64,000 bases of DNA from the human T2T-CHM13v2.0 reference genome, Homo sapiens, in the NCBI RefSeq assembly GCF_009914755.1, contig NC_060948.1; one strand, 5' to 3'. Positions 44,612 through 64,000 of the stretch are shown here, in pieces (positions within the stretch are counted from its first letter, which is position 1; every line of letters begins with the position of its first letter). The notes under the pieces were generated by a model that was not told where the DNA came from, searched no databases, and was given only the letters and a program-made list of their open reading frames with translations. A program made the translations under genes and the position numbers.

Positions 44612-45345
44612 ACTATCCATATATACTTTCACAGAACAAAGAGTAAAGAGGCTGAATATGACATTACAAAGATACTCATAAAAATTATAAACAGCAAAAC
44701 CTTGGAAGTAGCTTCCAATAAGATTGATCTTTCTCCTGTGACTATGCATAAGTAATTTTTGTTTTCTTAAATATAATTGTACAACTTATTAAACAAAACA
44801 AAATAAAAAATCCATCTCTGTCCAAAAACTGAACAGAAAAAATAACCATAATGAATTTTTCACCTAGTATATTTTTGGTACCTATGTTTTTAATTTAACA
44901 AGTGTTTGTAATCTAGCACATATATTATCAGAGAACATTTTCTTTTCAGAAAGAGTACTTACCGCAGATTTCATTCTGTACTTAAGAAGAGCCTGAAACA
45001 GAAGTCTTATGAGTACAATCCTATTTATATTAATTTAAGATATCGAAAGTCTTTCTCATTAAACCTTGACTAACAGAAAGCAACTCATATTAATGCATCT
45101 TAAAGGACAAAACCTGTTCTATTAAGAGGAAATACTCAGGTTAATAATTTAAAATACAAATTTACATTCCTACCAATAGTGCACAAGAATTCTCTGTGCT
45201 CTACATTCTCAAAAACACTTGTCATCTTTCATCTTGATAGTAATAGGCATTCCAACATGTGTAAGAGGAGAGCTCATTGTTGATTTTAATTTGCATTTCC
45301 CTGATGATTGGTGGTGTTGAGCATCTTTAAGTATACAGTTGTTCA

Positions 45346-45555
<210 letters not shown>

Positions 45556-46271
45556 ATTAAATATAGAGTTGTTGGCCAGTTATATGTCTTCTTTAGCGAA
45601 ATATAAATTTAGGTCTTTGACCATATTTAATAGGCTTAGTTTTGTTGTTGTTGTTGTTGTTGTTGTTAAATTGCTTGAGTTCCTTGTATGTATTTATTAT
45701 TCACCCTTTATCATATATATGGTTTGCAGATATTTTCTGCAAGTGTTTGGGTTGTCTCTTCACTCTACTATTTGTTTCCCTTTTCCCTTTGCTGTGCAGA
45801 AACATTTTAGTTTGATATAACGTGATTCAATTGTTTTTTGTTGTGCTTTTGTATTCTGTGCTTTTGGGGCCATAGCATTGAGGTTTCAAAAATTAAATTA
45901 AATTGAAAATAGAATTAACACATGATCCAACTACTCTACTTCAGAATGTGTACTCAAGGGATATAAAATTAACATGTCAGAAAGATATCTGCACTCCTAT
46001 ATTCATCTCAGCGTTATTCATAATAGCCAAGATATGGTAACAACCCAAGTGCTCATCAACAGATCAACAGATAAAGTGTGGCACATAAACACAATGAGAT
46101 ATACTATACAGCCTTAAAAAAGGAGGAAGTTTTGTTATACATTTGTGACCAAATGAATGGAATTGGAAGATACTATGCTCAGTGTACTAAGAGAGGCACA
46201 GAAAGACTAGTAAAGAATGATCACAATTATATGTAAAATCTAAAAAAGTTGAACTCATTCAAACTGTGAAT

Positions 46272-46420
46272 ATGCCAGCGGTGGTGGCTCATGCCTGTAA
46301 CTTCAGCACTTTGGGAGGATGAGGTGGTTGGATCACTTGAGGTCAGAAATTTGAGGCCACAGTGAGCCATAGCTGTGTCAATGTACTCCAGCCTGGGCAA
46401 TGCAACAAGGCCCTGACTCT
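46272..46420 (+). mobile_element. Alu monomer (FLAM-like)
   Basis: gtggtggctcatgcctgtaa...gaggccacagtgagcc...ccagcctgggcaa. Confidence 0.75.
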
Positions 46421-46614
46421 TTATACAAATACACAAAATGTAGTCAGAGATTGGAGTGTGGGGTGGAGATGGCAGTGGATAGAGAAATGGGATGTGTTCA
46501 TCAAAGGGTAACAAATTTCAGTGAGATAGGAAGAAGTTCTGGTGATCCGTTGCACAGAACGGTGACCACAGTTAATGAATGCCAACTTCAAAATTGCTTA
46601 ATTAAAAAAAAAAA

Positions 46615-46902
46615 GGGCAGGCATGGTGGCCCAAGTCTGAAATCCCAGCACTTTGGGTAGACATGGTGGGAGGATCACTAGTGGTCAGGAGTTCGAGACC
46701 AGCCTGGCCAAAATGATGAAACACTGTCTCTACTGAAAATATAAAAATTAGCCAGGTTTGGTGGCATGTGCATGTCATCCCAGCTACTCGAGTGGCTGAG
46801 GCAAAAGAATAACTTCAACTCAGGAGGTGGCAGTTGAAATGAGCTGAGGTTGCACCACTGCACTCAAGTCTGGGGAACAAGAGCAAAACTATATCAAAAA
46901 AA
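46615..46902 (+). mobile_element. AluS-like
   Basis: Dimeric Alu. Confidence 0.87.
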
Positions 46903-47514
46903 CAGATTGTTTAAAAAGCAGAATTTATGTATTCGTACCACAAGAGAGACATGATAAGTATGTGAGGTGATGGATAGGGTAACTAGCCCAATTTAATTCT
47001 TTTGCAATATATACATGCATTATAAAATCACTTTGCATCCCATAAATATTTACAATTGTTAATTTAAAATAAAAATTTTTTAAAAATGAATTAAAATTAA
47101 AATAAACTTGGCTTAATATATATAGACAGTAATATATGCAAATGTTTTCTTCTATTTTGGCTATTTGGCTTCTGTTATTTCTTGGGGAAACAAACACCAT
47201 GGGAACGGATGAAGAACATTAAAGCTAAATAGTATATAATTTACATTATTTTTTGTTCTTTTTTCTCCTTTTTTTTCTACCAAAGCAATGGTGACAACTT
47301 TCTTGTCACACTTTCTTTTCTGTTTCTTTCTCATGAGAAATCACCACCAAAAATAAAGCTCGTGTAGATTTGCGAATATTTTTTTCTGCCCCTAGCTATG
47401 ACCCTCTTCACCTTTGCTTTGGATTTCACAGCTTCTTAAAACACTGATTTACTTATTATTTGTTGTCTCCTTGTACCATTACTTCTTCGCTCTACCTGCA
47501 GGATCTTTTCTTTT

Positions 47515-47790
47515 TATTATATTTTAGTTTAATTTTTTTCAGACAGAGTCTCCAGCACAATTTCGGCTCACTGCAACCTGGGCCTCCCAGATTCAGGTGG
47601 TTCTCCTGCCTCAGCTTGCTGAGTATCCGATATTACAGGCATGCACAACCATGCTTGGCCAATTTTAGAATTTTTAATTGTGACAGGGTTTCACCATTTT
47701 GCCAAGGCTGGTCTTGAACTGACCTCAAGTGATCTACCCTCTCAGCTTCCCAAAATGCTGGAATTACAGGTATGAGACACTACATCCGGC
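47515..47790 (-). mobile_element. AluS-like with an internal deletion
   Basis: Antisense Alu motifs. Confidence 0.82.
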
Positions 47791-48244
47791 TTGATCATTT
47801 TCTTTGCCAGATCTACATGCTGCTTGTCTTAGCCTTAGATATGCCACTCTCAACTCATGTATTTATTTTCTGTGATAGCAAGACTCATGGAAAGAGTTGG
47901 CCCTGACAAGGTTTAATTTTATTTCTCTTAACCCTCCTTTCTTCAGGCATTTACCCTGTTTTTTAGAATCATATCTTATACTTCTCACTAAATACCATAT
48001 TTCACTTATCTGTTGCATATTACTCAAACCGTCATGTGTATCTGTAAAACTGATTCACACCCTCATTCCTGAAATACTATTTTGCTTTGGATTACATGAC
48101 TCAACTTTCCTCTGATTTCTCTATTTAATTGTCAGTGCCTTTGGTTTCATTTTATCTCATAGATATCTATTCATTAGACCACTAATCTAACTACACAGAA
48201 TACCTCTTTCTCTTTCCCTTTCTCCTTTCCCTTTTCCCTTCCCA

Positions 48245-48430
48245 TTTTCTTTTTTTTTTTTTTTTTTTTTTCGTTTTCTTTTTTTAGGAAACTGTTCTGC
48301 CACCCAGCCTGGAGTGCAGTAGTGAGACCTGGACTGACTACAACCTCAAATTCCTGGGCTCAAATAATTTTCCTGCTTTGATCTCCTCAGTAGCTGAGAC
48401 TACAGATGCACACCACCACACCTGGCTTTT
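48245..48430 (-). mobile_element. AluJ right-arm fragment
   Basis: Poly(T) followed by cccagcctggagtgcagtag...cacaccaccacacctggct. Confidence 0.78.
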
Positions 48431-49920
48431 TATTGATGTTTTGAGACAAAAGCCTGTAAGGTTTTAAACCTGTAGTTCTAAGGAATTCAGTGATATGACC
48501 TCTGAATTCCTATACATTGTGATTTTTTTCTCTTATGAGCGTTCCAAGATTAAGACAGCTAAATTGAAAGCTTCCCCTGAACTTCCTTACACTTTCTACA
48601 TACCTCTCCCTTCCATCATTTTTGTCCCAAAATACATCATCTATATAACATAAAAATATTCCAAATACATTATTTTCCCTCATCTCTTTCACATTTTACC
48701 TATAATAACTTTTTTTATTATCTACCACTTACAAATGTGTTTTTCTTGTTGCTGCTTATACATTCTACTGGAGGTCATCATTCATTGCTCCCTAAATTGT
48801 AGTATCAACATCTTAATCTACTTCCTCCTTCTGTGTTACTATATTCAATTTATTTTTCACTGAGGGTTCTAGAATTATTCTTCCTTTCAATGAATAAAGC
48901 ACATCGCTTTTCTTTTTCTTTTTATTCTTCCTTTCTGCTTTACTATTAACTGTTACTTTATGAGAGAGGAGCCATTTCAGTGTTATTTCCTATTATACCA
49001 CAATTTTAAGCTAAAAGTCTGAGATATCATAACCTCTCTATAAGTGTTTAATATTATAATAAATAACACAACTTTGTAATTTCAGCATTAAATTTTTGAA
49101 TACTAAGTCTATAGATTATTTATGAAACAAGATTTTAGTTGTGTTGCAGATGAGCTTGTTATTTTTTTAACTCACTCCTTCCATTTCTATCCATACTAGC
49201 TATAAGACATTTAGAGGTGTGAAAGTGGCATATTCTTCCCTATACTTGAGAGTCTGTTGAGGTTATATGAATAAAGAAATGTACAATGACCATTTAATTC
49301 ATATAGCTAAATATAATGTTTAATATTTAAAATTTGTTTAAATGTTTTTATTACTTAAATTTATTATAACAAATATTATTTAGATTTTTCATTATTTAAA
49401 ACTCAATATAAGAAACAAACATGTGGGAAAATCTCAAGTAATTCATTATCGTTGTTCTTATCATAGAAGATACAAGCCATCTCCTTATTGGTTAGGGTCA
49501 TATTTACAGAACAGTCACTTTTCATTTCCCAATGAAATCTGAGGAGTGTGTTTTGAATTCCCTAGTGATATGCCTACAACTACACAGTATAATTCTGTCT
49601 TCTTTGGAGGGTATGACTCTACAGGATCAATATGATAATGTCCTAAAATATCACTGTTACATTTAATTATATAAAACACCACTAAAGTGAGAATAATATA
49701 TGAGCTGTTCATTACGTAGTCTAATTATAGAGTTAATTTTTACACTCAAATACTTTAGTTAGAGACTGTGAAATTAAATTGGCCCTAGATGGAACTTAAT
49801 TATTTGTAACAACTACCATACTGTGGTGAAATGAATTAACTGAAATCTTAATAATTTGGAAAATAATAAAGTTATTTCACTTAAAAGTTATTTTAAAAAA
49901 ACTATATTTCTTAACTATTT

Positions 49921-55909
<5,989 letters not shown>

Positions 55910-55993
55910 TCAACTATTTCTTATTATATGAAAGACATAATGTGTCTCATGATAATGATGGAAGCAGCCTCAAATAAAATCTTACAAAACACT

Positions 55994-56278
55994 CTGGACA
56001 TGATGGCTCATGCCTGTAATCCCAGCACTTTGGAAGGCTGAGGCAGCTGGACGACTTGAGGTCAAGAGTTTGTCACTAGCCTGGCCAACAGGGTGAAACT
56101 CCCTCTCTGCTAAAAGTAAGAGCATTAGCCAGGCATGGGGGTGCATGGCTGTAATCCCAGCTACTCAGGAGGCTGAGGCAAAAGGATCCCTTGAACCCGG
56201 AAGGCAGAGGTTCCAGGGAGCTGAGATCTCACCACTGCAGTCTAGCCTGGGTGAGAGAGTGAAACTCATCTCAAAAAC
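55994..56278 (+). mobile_element. AluS-like
   Basis: Dimeric Alu. Confidence 0.87.
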
Positions 56279-56774
56279 ATCTCTCTGAACTTTAAAAAGC
56301 AAGGTGAATTTAATCAACTTTCTATTTTATGCTGTCATTAAAGTTCATTAGGTTAAAAGTGAAGAGATATAAGGAATAGAAAAAAACCTCAGACTTGATT
56401 TTCAGAGCTCTGGAATCTAACTAAGTAATCAGGGGAGTGTTTAATGAAGAAAGACCTGACCTCTAAGTTTGGGCAAGACAGAATGTGGGCTGTGTGATTT
56501 AAAATGTCTGAGGTTCCCTTGGTGATTATTAGCTCAGAGGCTTTCCTTTAGCCCACCTCAGATTTTTCTTGGGGGCAGAAAGTGACTCTCAGGAGGCATT
56601 TGTGGGAAGGGAATACACTAGTCAGAGCTGTCTGTAGCAAGGAATAAGAGTCAGGTCAAGCAGTACACAAAGAAAATGCCTGGAAGGAAGAGGCTGAGGA
56701 AGAAAACTGATGAGCAAAATCAGCTTTGAAAAACTCTCACAGTTTGTTGTTTTTCATTTTGGATTGAGTTGTAA

Positions 56775-57092
56775 ATAGAGACAGAGCTTGCCTTGTGGCC
56801 CACATTGGAGGGATTATGGCCCACTGAAGCCTCAACCTCCTTGGGTTCAAATTGATCTTCCGACCTCAGCCTCCTGACCATCTCACCTCCCTGGACTCCA
56901 CCTATCCTTCCACCTCAGCGTCTCACACTACAGGCATGTGTTACCACAACCAGCTTATTTTTTTTTATTTTTTTATAGAAAAGATATTGCCATGTTGTCA
57001 AGGCTGGTCTCGCACTTCTGGGCTCAAGTAATTTGTTCTCCTAAGTTTTCCAAATTGGTGGGATTACAGATATGAACCACCACACCCAGACT
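56775..57092 (-). mobile_element. AluJ-like
   Basis: Diverged antisense Alu. Confidence 0.75.
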
Positions 57093-57399
57093 CCTATTGT
57101 ATATTTAGAAGAATATAAGTATGTCCATTTTTGGATGCATGCACGGAGAAGACCCCAAAGCTTTTCGTTTTCCCTGACTTTGGGCTAAACACTAGAGTTC
57201 CTCACAGAGTCCATATGCGAAGTCTGGGTGGTTTTTATTTTATTTTCTTTATTTTCCTCTTTTTTTCTTTTAAAATATGTCAAGAGGAGTAGATGACCAA
57301 AAGGGTGACAGAACACAGGTTAAGTGGCCATACATGACAAAGAGTACAGACTACAAAAATAGCTTTAAAGGGTTGCTAAACAAGTAAACAACCCACCAA

Positions 57400-58460
57400 G
57401 TAAACAGTTATGGAGGTCAATATTTTGTTATCCAAATATGCTGAATAATATCCAAAGTGTTCACTGTTCAACAATAAAATAAAAGGCACTCAAAGAAAAA
57501 AAAAAAGGTTACACTCAAAACATAATTAAAAGAAACTATTTCAGGAAACTCAGTCATGGTAGTAACCAGGGAAATATTTCAATTCATTTCATTTTAGTGT
57601 TCTCAAAGACCTAAGGGAACCCAGGAGAACAGTGATTCAAAATTGAAAATATCAATAAAAATGTATGAATTATTTTGAAAAATGAAATCAATAATCTGTA
57701 ACTAGAAGGACTGAATAGCATGTGTGAGCATGTAGAAAGCCTAATGAGGCAACTTGAAGATGGATTGTTTGATATTGTTCAGTGTAAGGAACAAGAAGAG
57801 AAACAAGAATAATGATCAAAACTAAGGTTTCCATGGGACACCATCAAGAATATCAACATATTCATAATGGGAGTCCCACTGGAATAGGTGAGATGGGGAA
57901 AAAAAGAATATTTAAATGAATAGTGGTTGAAACTTCCCAAAAGTGTCGATAGATGCAAATCTACTGATCCAAGTATCTCTAAAGAACACAATACTCCAGG
58001 GAGAATAAAATCCAAGATATCCACACTGAAACACATGCACTGAAATTGACAGAAGACAAATAAATAGAGAACTTTAAAAGAATCAAGACAGAAGTAACTC
58101 ACCACATGCAAGTTATCCTTCATAACATTAACAGCCAATTTCTCATTAAAAATTATAGTGGAAAGAAGTCACTGTGATGAGATCTTTAAAGTGCTGGAAT
58201 AAGAAGATAAAGTCAATCATAAACTCAATATCTGGCCAAACAAAAATTTAACTTTATGAGCAAATAAGGCATTTCCAAGCAAACATAATTAAAGAGAGTA
58301 CATTACTACTAGATCAGCCTTACAAAACATGATGAAAACAAGCAAGGAATGAAAGAAAAATAGTGCCTCATGTGCAAATAAAGAAATAAGAACATCAATA
58401 AAATAATTACGTCACGAAATAGAAAAGCCAATATTATTATATTTGGGTTTTCTGTGACTT
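57400..58460 (+). mobile_element. Old L1M ORF1-region remnant
   Basis: catgggacaccatcaagaatatcaacatattcataatgggagtccca and gaatagtggttgaaacttcccaaa, typical of ancient L1 ORF1. Confidence 0.65.
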
Positions 58461-58484
58461 TATTTTTCTACTGGATTTAAAGGT

Positions 58485-58755
58485 ATCTCACAACTGTAAT
58501 CCCAAGAAAGTAGGGGGATTTCCTTGAGTCTGGGAGTTTGAGACCAGCCAGGGCAACAAAATGTGACCGTCTTTTGAGAAAATAAACAAAATTAGCCAGC
58601 TGTGGTGGCATGGACTTCTGTCCCCAGAACATAGGGCACTGAGTTGGAAGGGTCCCTTGAGCCCAGGAGCTCGAGGCTGTAGTGAACCATGTTTAGCCTG
58701 TGTGACTGAAACCCTGTCTCAATGAATTAAAATACAATACAATAATAAAATAAAG
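58485..58755 (+). mobile_element. AluJ-like
   Basis: ggagtttgagaccagccagggcaac...ggagctcgaggctgtagtgaacc. Confidence 0.8.
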
Positions 58756-58955
58756 AAATGACAAAAAATAAAGCAATAATTACACATCTGGGTTGTTAGC
58801 AAATGTTGCATAACAAACTATTTTTGACAAAAAAATAGAAAGTTGGGGAAAACAGTATGGGAAAATGATTTTTGTATAATGTCAATGCTCAGTTGTTATA
58901 ATTCACACTATATTATTATTAATTCAAGATATTAATTATAATACCATTAATAACT

Positions 58956-61900
58956 TGTCCTTTTTATGGCTGCATAGTATTCCACGGTTTATATGTGCCA
59001 TATTTTCTTAATCCAGTCTATCATTGATGGACAATTTGGTTGGTTTCAAGTCTTTGCTATGGTGAATAGTGCGATAATAAACATACGTGTGCATGTATCT
59101 TTATAGCAGCATGATTTATAACCCTTTGGGTATATACTCAGTAATGGGATTGCTGGGTCAAATGGTAATTCTAATTTTAAATCCTTGCGGAATTACCACA
59201 CTGTCTTCCACAATGGTTGAACTAATTTACACTCTCCCAAACAGTGTAAAAGCATTCCTATTTCTCCACATCCACACCAGCATCTGTCGTTTCCTGACTT
59301 TTTAATGATTGCCGTTCCAAGTGGCTTGAGATGATATCTCATTTTGGTTTTGATTTGCATTTCCCTGTTGACCAGTGATGATGAGCATTTCTTCATGTGT
59401 CTGTTGGCTGCATAAATGTCTTCTTTTGAGAAGTGTCTGTTCATATCCTTTGCCCTCCTTTTGATGAGGTGTTTTTTTTTTTTAATGAAAATTTGTTTGT
59501 GTTCTTTGTAGATTCTGATATTAGCCATTTGTAAGATGGGTAGATTGCAAAAATTTTCTCCCATTCTGTACGTTGCCTGTTCACTCTGATGGTAGTTTCT
59601 TTTGCCATTCAGAAGTTCTTTAGTTTAATTAGATCTTATTTGTCTATTTTGGCCTCTGTTGCCATTAATTTTGGTGTTTTAGTCATGAAGTACTTGCCCA
59701 TGCCTATGTCCTGAATGGTATTGTCTATGTTTTCTTCTAGGGTTTTTACGGTTTTATATTTAATATTTAAGTCTTTAATTCATATTGAATTAGCTTTTAT
59801 GTAAGGTGTAAGGAAGAGATCCAGTTTCAGCCTTCTAAAAATGGCCAGCCCCTTTTCCCAGCACCATTTACGACATAGGGAGTCAATTCCCCATTTCTTC
59901 TTTTTGTCAGATTCATCAGAGATAAGATGATTGCAGATGTGTGGTATTATTTCAGAGGCCTCTTTTCTGTTCCATTGGTCAATACATCTCTTTTGGTACA
60001 AGTACCATACTGTTTTGTTTACTGTAGGCTTGTAGTATAGTTTGAAGTCAGGTAGCATGATGTCTCCAGCTTTTTTTTTCTTCTTCTTCTTAGGATTATC
60101 TTAGCAATATGGCCTATTTTTGGGCTCCATATGAACTGTACCTTTTTTTTTCCAAATCTCTGAAGAAAGTCACTGGTGGCTTGATGGGAATGGCATTGCT
60201 TGTATAAATTACTTTGGACACTATGGCCATTTTCAAGGTATTCATTCTTCATACTCATTATCGTAGAATATCCTTCCATTTGTTTCTGTCCTTTTTGATT
60301 TCGTTGAGCAGTGTTTTGTAGTTTTTCCTGAAGAGGTCCTTCACATTCCTTGTAAGCTGGATTCCTAGGTATTTTATACTCTTTGAAGCACTTGTGAATG
60401 GGAGTTCACTTGTGATTTGGCTCTCTGTTTGTCTGTTAATGGTGTACAGGAGTGTTTGTGATTTTTGCACACTGATTTTGTATGCTGAGACTTTGCTGAA
60501 GTTGCTTATCAGCTTAAGTAGATTTTGGGCTGAGACAATGGGTTTTCTCAATATACAATCATGTTATCCGAAAACAGGGACAATTTGACTTCCTCTTTTC
60601 CTTATTGAATACCCTTTATTTCTTTCTCTTGCCTGATTGCCCTGGACAGAACTTCCAACACTATGTTGAATAGGAATGGTGAGAGAGGGCATCCTTGTCT
60701 TGTGCCGGTTTTCCAAAGGAATGCCTCCAGTATTTGTCCACTCTGTCGGATATTGTCTGTGGGTTTGTCAGTAGCTTTTATTATTTTGAGATATGTTCCA
60801 TCAATACCTAGTTTATTGAGAGTTTTTAGCATGAAGGGTTGTTGAATTTTGTCAAAGGCCTTTCCTGCATCTATTGAGATAATCATGTGATTTTTGTCAT
60901 TGGTTCAGTTTATATGATGGATTAGGTATATTGATTTACATAAATTGAACCACATTTGCATCCCAGGGATGAAGCTGATGTGATAGTAGTAGATAAGCTT
61001 TTTGTTGTGCTGATGGATTCAGTTTGCCAGTATTTTATTGAGGATGTTCGCATGGATGTTTATCTGGGCTATTGGTCTAAACTTCTCTTTTTGCTTGTGT
61101 GTCTCTGCCAGGCCTTGGTATCAGGATGAAGTTGTCCTCATAAAATGAGTTGGGGAGGATTCTCTCTTTTTTTTATTGATTGGAATAGTTTCAGAAGGAA
61201 TGGTACCAGTCCCTCTTTGTACCTCTGGTAGAATTTGGGTGTGAATCCACCTGGTCCTGGGCTTTTTTTTGGTTGGTAAGCTATTAATTATTTACTCAAT
61301 TTCAGAGGCTGTTGCTAGTCTATTCAGAGATTCAACTTCTTCCTGGTTTAGTTTTTGAAGGGTGTATGTGTCAGGAATTTATCCATTTCTTCTAGATTTT
61401 CTAGTTTATTTTGTTAGAGGTGTTTATAGTATTCTCTGAGGGTAGTTTGTACTTCTGTGGGATCGATGGTGATATCCCCTTTATCATTTTTTATAGCTTC
61501 TATTTTATTCTTCTCTCTTTGCTTCTTTATTAGCCTTGCTAGGGGTCTTTCAATTTTGTTGATCTTTTCAAAAAAAAAAAAAAAAAAAAAAAAACCCAGT
61601 TCCTGGATTCATTGATTTTTTGAAGGGTTTTTTGTGTCTCTATCTCTTTCCGTTCTGCTCTGCTCTGATCTTAGTTATTTCTTGCCTTCTGCTACCTTTC
61701 GAATTTGTTTGCTCTTGCCTCTCTATTTCTTTTAGTTCTGATGTTAGGTTGTCAATTTTATATCTTTCCTGCTATCTTTTGTGACATTTACTGCTATACA
61801 TTTCCCTCTGCCGACTGCTTTAAATGTGTTTCAGAGATTGTGGCATGTTGTGTCTTTGTTCTCATTGGTTTCAAGGAATGTCTGTATATCTGCCTTCATT

Positions 61901-64000
61901 TTGTTATTTACCCAGCAATCATTCAGGAGCAAGTTGTTAAGTTCCCCTGTAGTTGTGCAGTTTTGAGTGAGTTTCTTAATGCTGAGTTCTAATTTGATTA
62001 CACTGTGGTCTGAGAGACACTTTGTTGTGATTTCTGTTCTTTTACAATTGCTGAGGAGTGCTTTACTTCAGGTTATGTGGTCAATTTTAGAATAAGTGTG
62101 ATGTGGTGCTGAGAAGAATGTATATGCTCTTGATTTAGGGTGGAGAGTTCTGTAGGTGTCTATTAGGCCAGTTTGTTACAGAGCTGAGTTTAAGTGCTGG
62201 ATATCCTTGTTAACCTTCTGTCTCATTGATCTGTTGATTAATGAGACAACATTGACTGTGGGGTGTTGAAGTCTCCCATTATTATTGTGTGGGTGTCTAA
62301 GTCTCTTTGTAGGTCTCTAAGGACTTACTTTCTGAATCTGGGTTGTGTATTGGGTGAATATATATTTAGAATTCTTAGCTCTTCTTCATGAATTGATCCC
62401 TTTATCATTAGGTAATGGCCTTCTTTGTCTCTTTTGATCTTTGTTCGTTAAAAGTCTGTTTTATCAGAGGCTAGGATTGCAACTCCTACTTATATTTTTT
62501 TCTGCTTTCCATTTGCTTGGTATATCTTCTTCCATTCATTTATTGTGAGCTTATGTGCATCTTTGCATGTGAGATGGGTCTCCTGAATACAGCACACTGA
62601 TGGATCTTGACTCTTTATCCAATTTACCCATCTGTGTCTTTGAACTGGGGCATGTAGCCTCTTTACACTTAAGGTTAATATTGTTATGTGTAAATTTGGT
62701 CCTGTCATTATGACGTTGGCTGTGTAGTTTGCCTGTTAATTGATACAGTCTCTTGATAGCATCGATGGTCTTTAAAATTTGCTTTTGCAGTTGCTGATAC
62801 TGGTTGTTTTTTTCCATGTTTAGTGTTTCCTTCAGGAACTCTTGTAAGGCAGGCCTGGTCGTGACAGAATCTCTCAGAATTTCCTTATTTTTAAAGGATT
62901 TTATTTCTGCTTCACTTATAAAGCTTAGTTTGGCTGGATATGAAATTCTGTGCTGAAAATTCTTTTCTTTAAGAATGTTGAATATTCGCCCCCCACTCTC
63001 TTCTGGCTTGTAGGGTTTCTGCTAAGAGATCCAATGTTAGTCTGATGGGCTTCCCTTTGTGGGTAACTCAACCTTTCTCTCTGTCTGACCTTAACACTTT
63101 TTCCATCATGTCAACCTTGGTGAACCTGACAATTGTATGTCTTGTGGTTGCTTTTCTCAAGGAGTATCTTTGTGGCATTCTCTGTATTTCCTGAATTTGA
63201 ATGTTGGCCTGCCTTGTTAGGTTGGGGAAGTTCTCCTGGATAATATCCTGAAGAGTGTTTTCTAAGTTGGTTCCATTCTTTCCATCACTTTCAGATACAC
63301 CAATTAAACTTAGATTTGGTCTTTTCACTTAGTCCCATATTTCTCAGAGATTTTGTTTCTTTTTACTCTTTTTTCTCTAACCTTGTCTTCTCAGTTTCTT
63401 TTATTAATGAGATCTTCAGTCACTGATACCCTTTCTTCCACTTGATTGAATCAGCTACTGAAGCTTGTGCATGCATGACAAAGTTCTTGTGCCACAGTTT
63501 TCAGCTCCGTCAGGTCATTTAAAATCCTCTCTACACTATTTATTCTAGTTAGCCATTCATCTCATCTTTTTCCAAGGTTTTTAGCTTCCTTGTGATAGAT
63601 TGGAACATGAAACTTTAGCTCAAATAGTTTTGTTATTACCAACCTCCTGAAGCCTACTTCTGTCAGCTCATCAGATTCATTCTCTGTCCAGTTTTGTTGC
63701 ATTGCTTGTGAGGAATTGTGATCCATTGCAGAAGAAGCACTCAATTTTTAAAACTTTCAGCTTTTCTGCTGTAGTTTCTCTCCATCTTTGTGGTTTTATC
63801 TACCTTGTGTCTTTGATGTTGTTGACCTACAGATGGAGTTTTGGTGTAGATGAACTTTTTGCTTATGTTGATGCTCTTCCTTTCTATTTGTTAGTTTTCC
63901 TTCTAACACTTAGGTCCCTCAGCTGCAGGACTTTTGGGATTTGGTGTAGTCCACTGCAGATTGTGTTTGCCTGGGTGTCACCAGCAGAGGATGCAGAACA
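58956..64000 (-). mobile_element. Older L1PA (PA7/8-like): ORF2, ORF1 and part of the 5'UTR; 3'UTR missing; continues past the window end
   Basis: Fragmented ORF2p and ORF1p translations ([10 protein letters not shown]; MTGPNLHITILTL; RPNLSLIGVSESDG); more diverged than the 50-56 kb copy. Confidence 0.93.

Overview
Primate (very probably human) genomic DNA, AT-rich and dominated by repeats, with no intact protein-coding gene. It is a mosaic of decayed gene segments: an unprocessed RAB9A copy (-), two oppositely oriented blocks of USP9X/USP9Y-like exons, a full-length U1 snRNA retrocopy inserted in one of those exons, and a multi-exon XKR3/XKRY-family pseudogene (+). This gene set points to Y-chromosome ampliconic sequence (inference from recalled gene content, not a database search). 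Interspersed are three large L1PA elements, two twin-primed (5'-inverted) L1s, older L1/L2 pieces, about 20 Alus including a near-perfect AluYa5, a HERV-F-type 5' LTR with a Phe PBS, an ERVL pol remnant and a HERV-K(HML-8)/MER11 env+LTR remnant. I found no evidence of a novel functional system; the points of interest are insertion and rearrangement history. All homology calls come from recalled sequences and should be confirmed by BLAST/RepeatMasker. Boundaries of old repeats are approximate.
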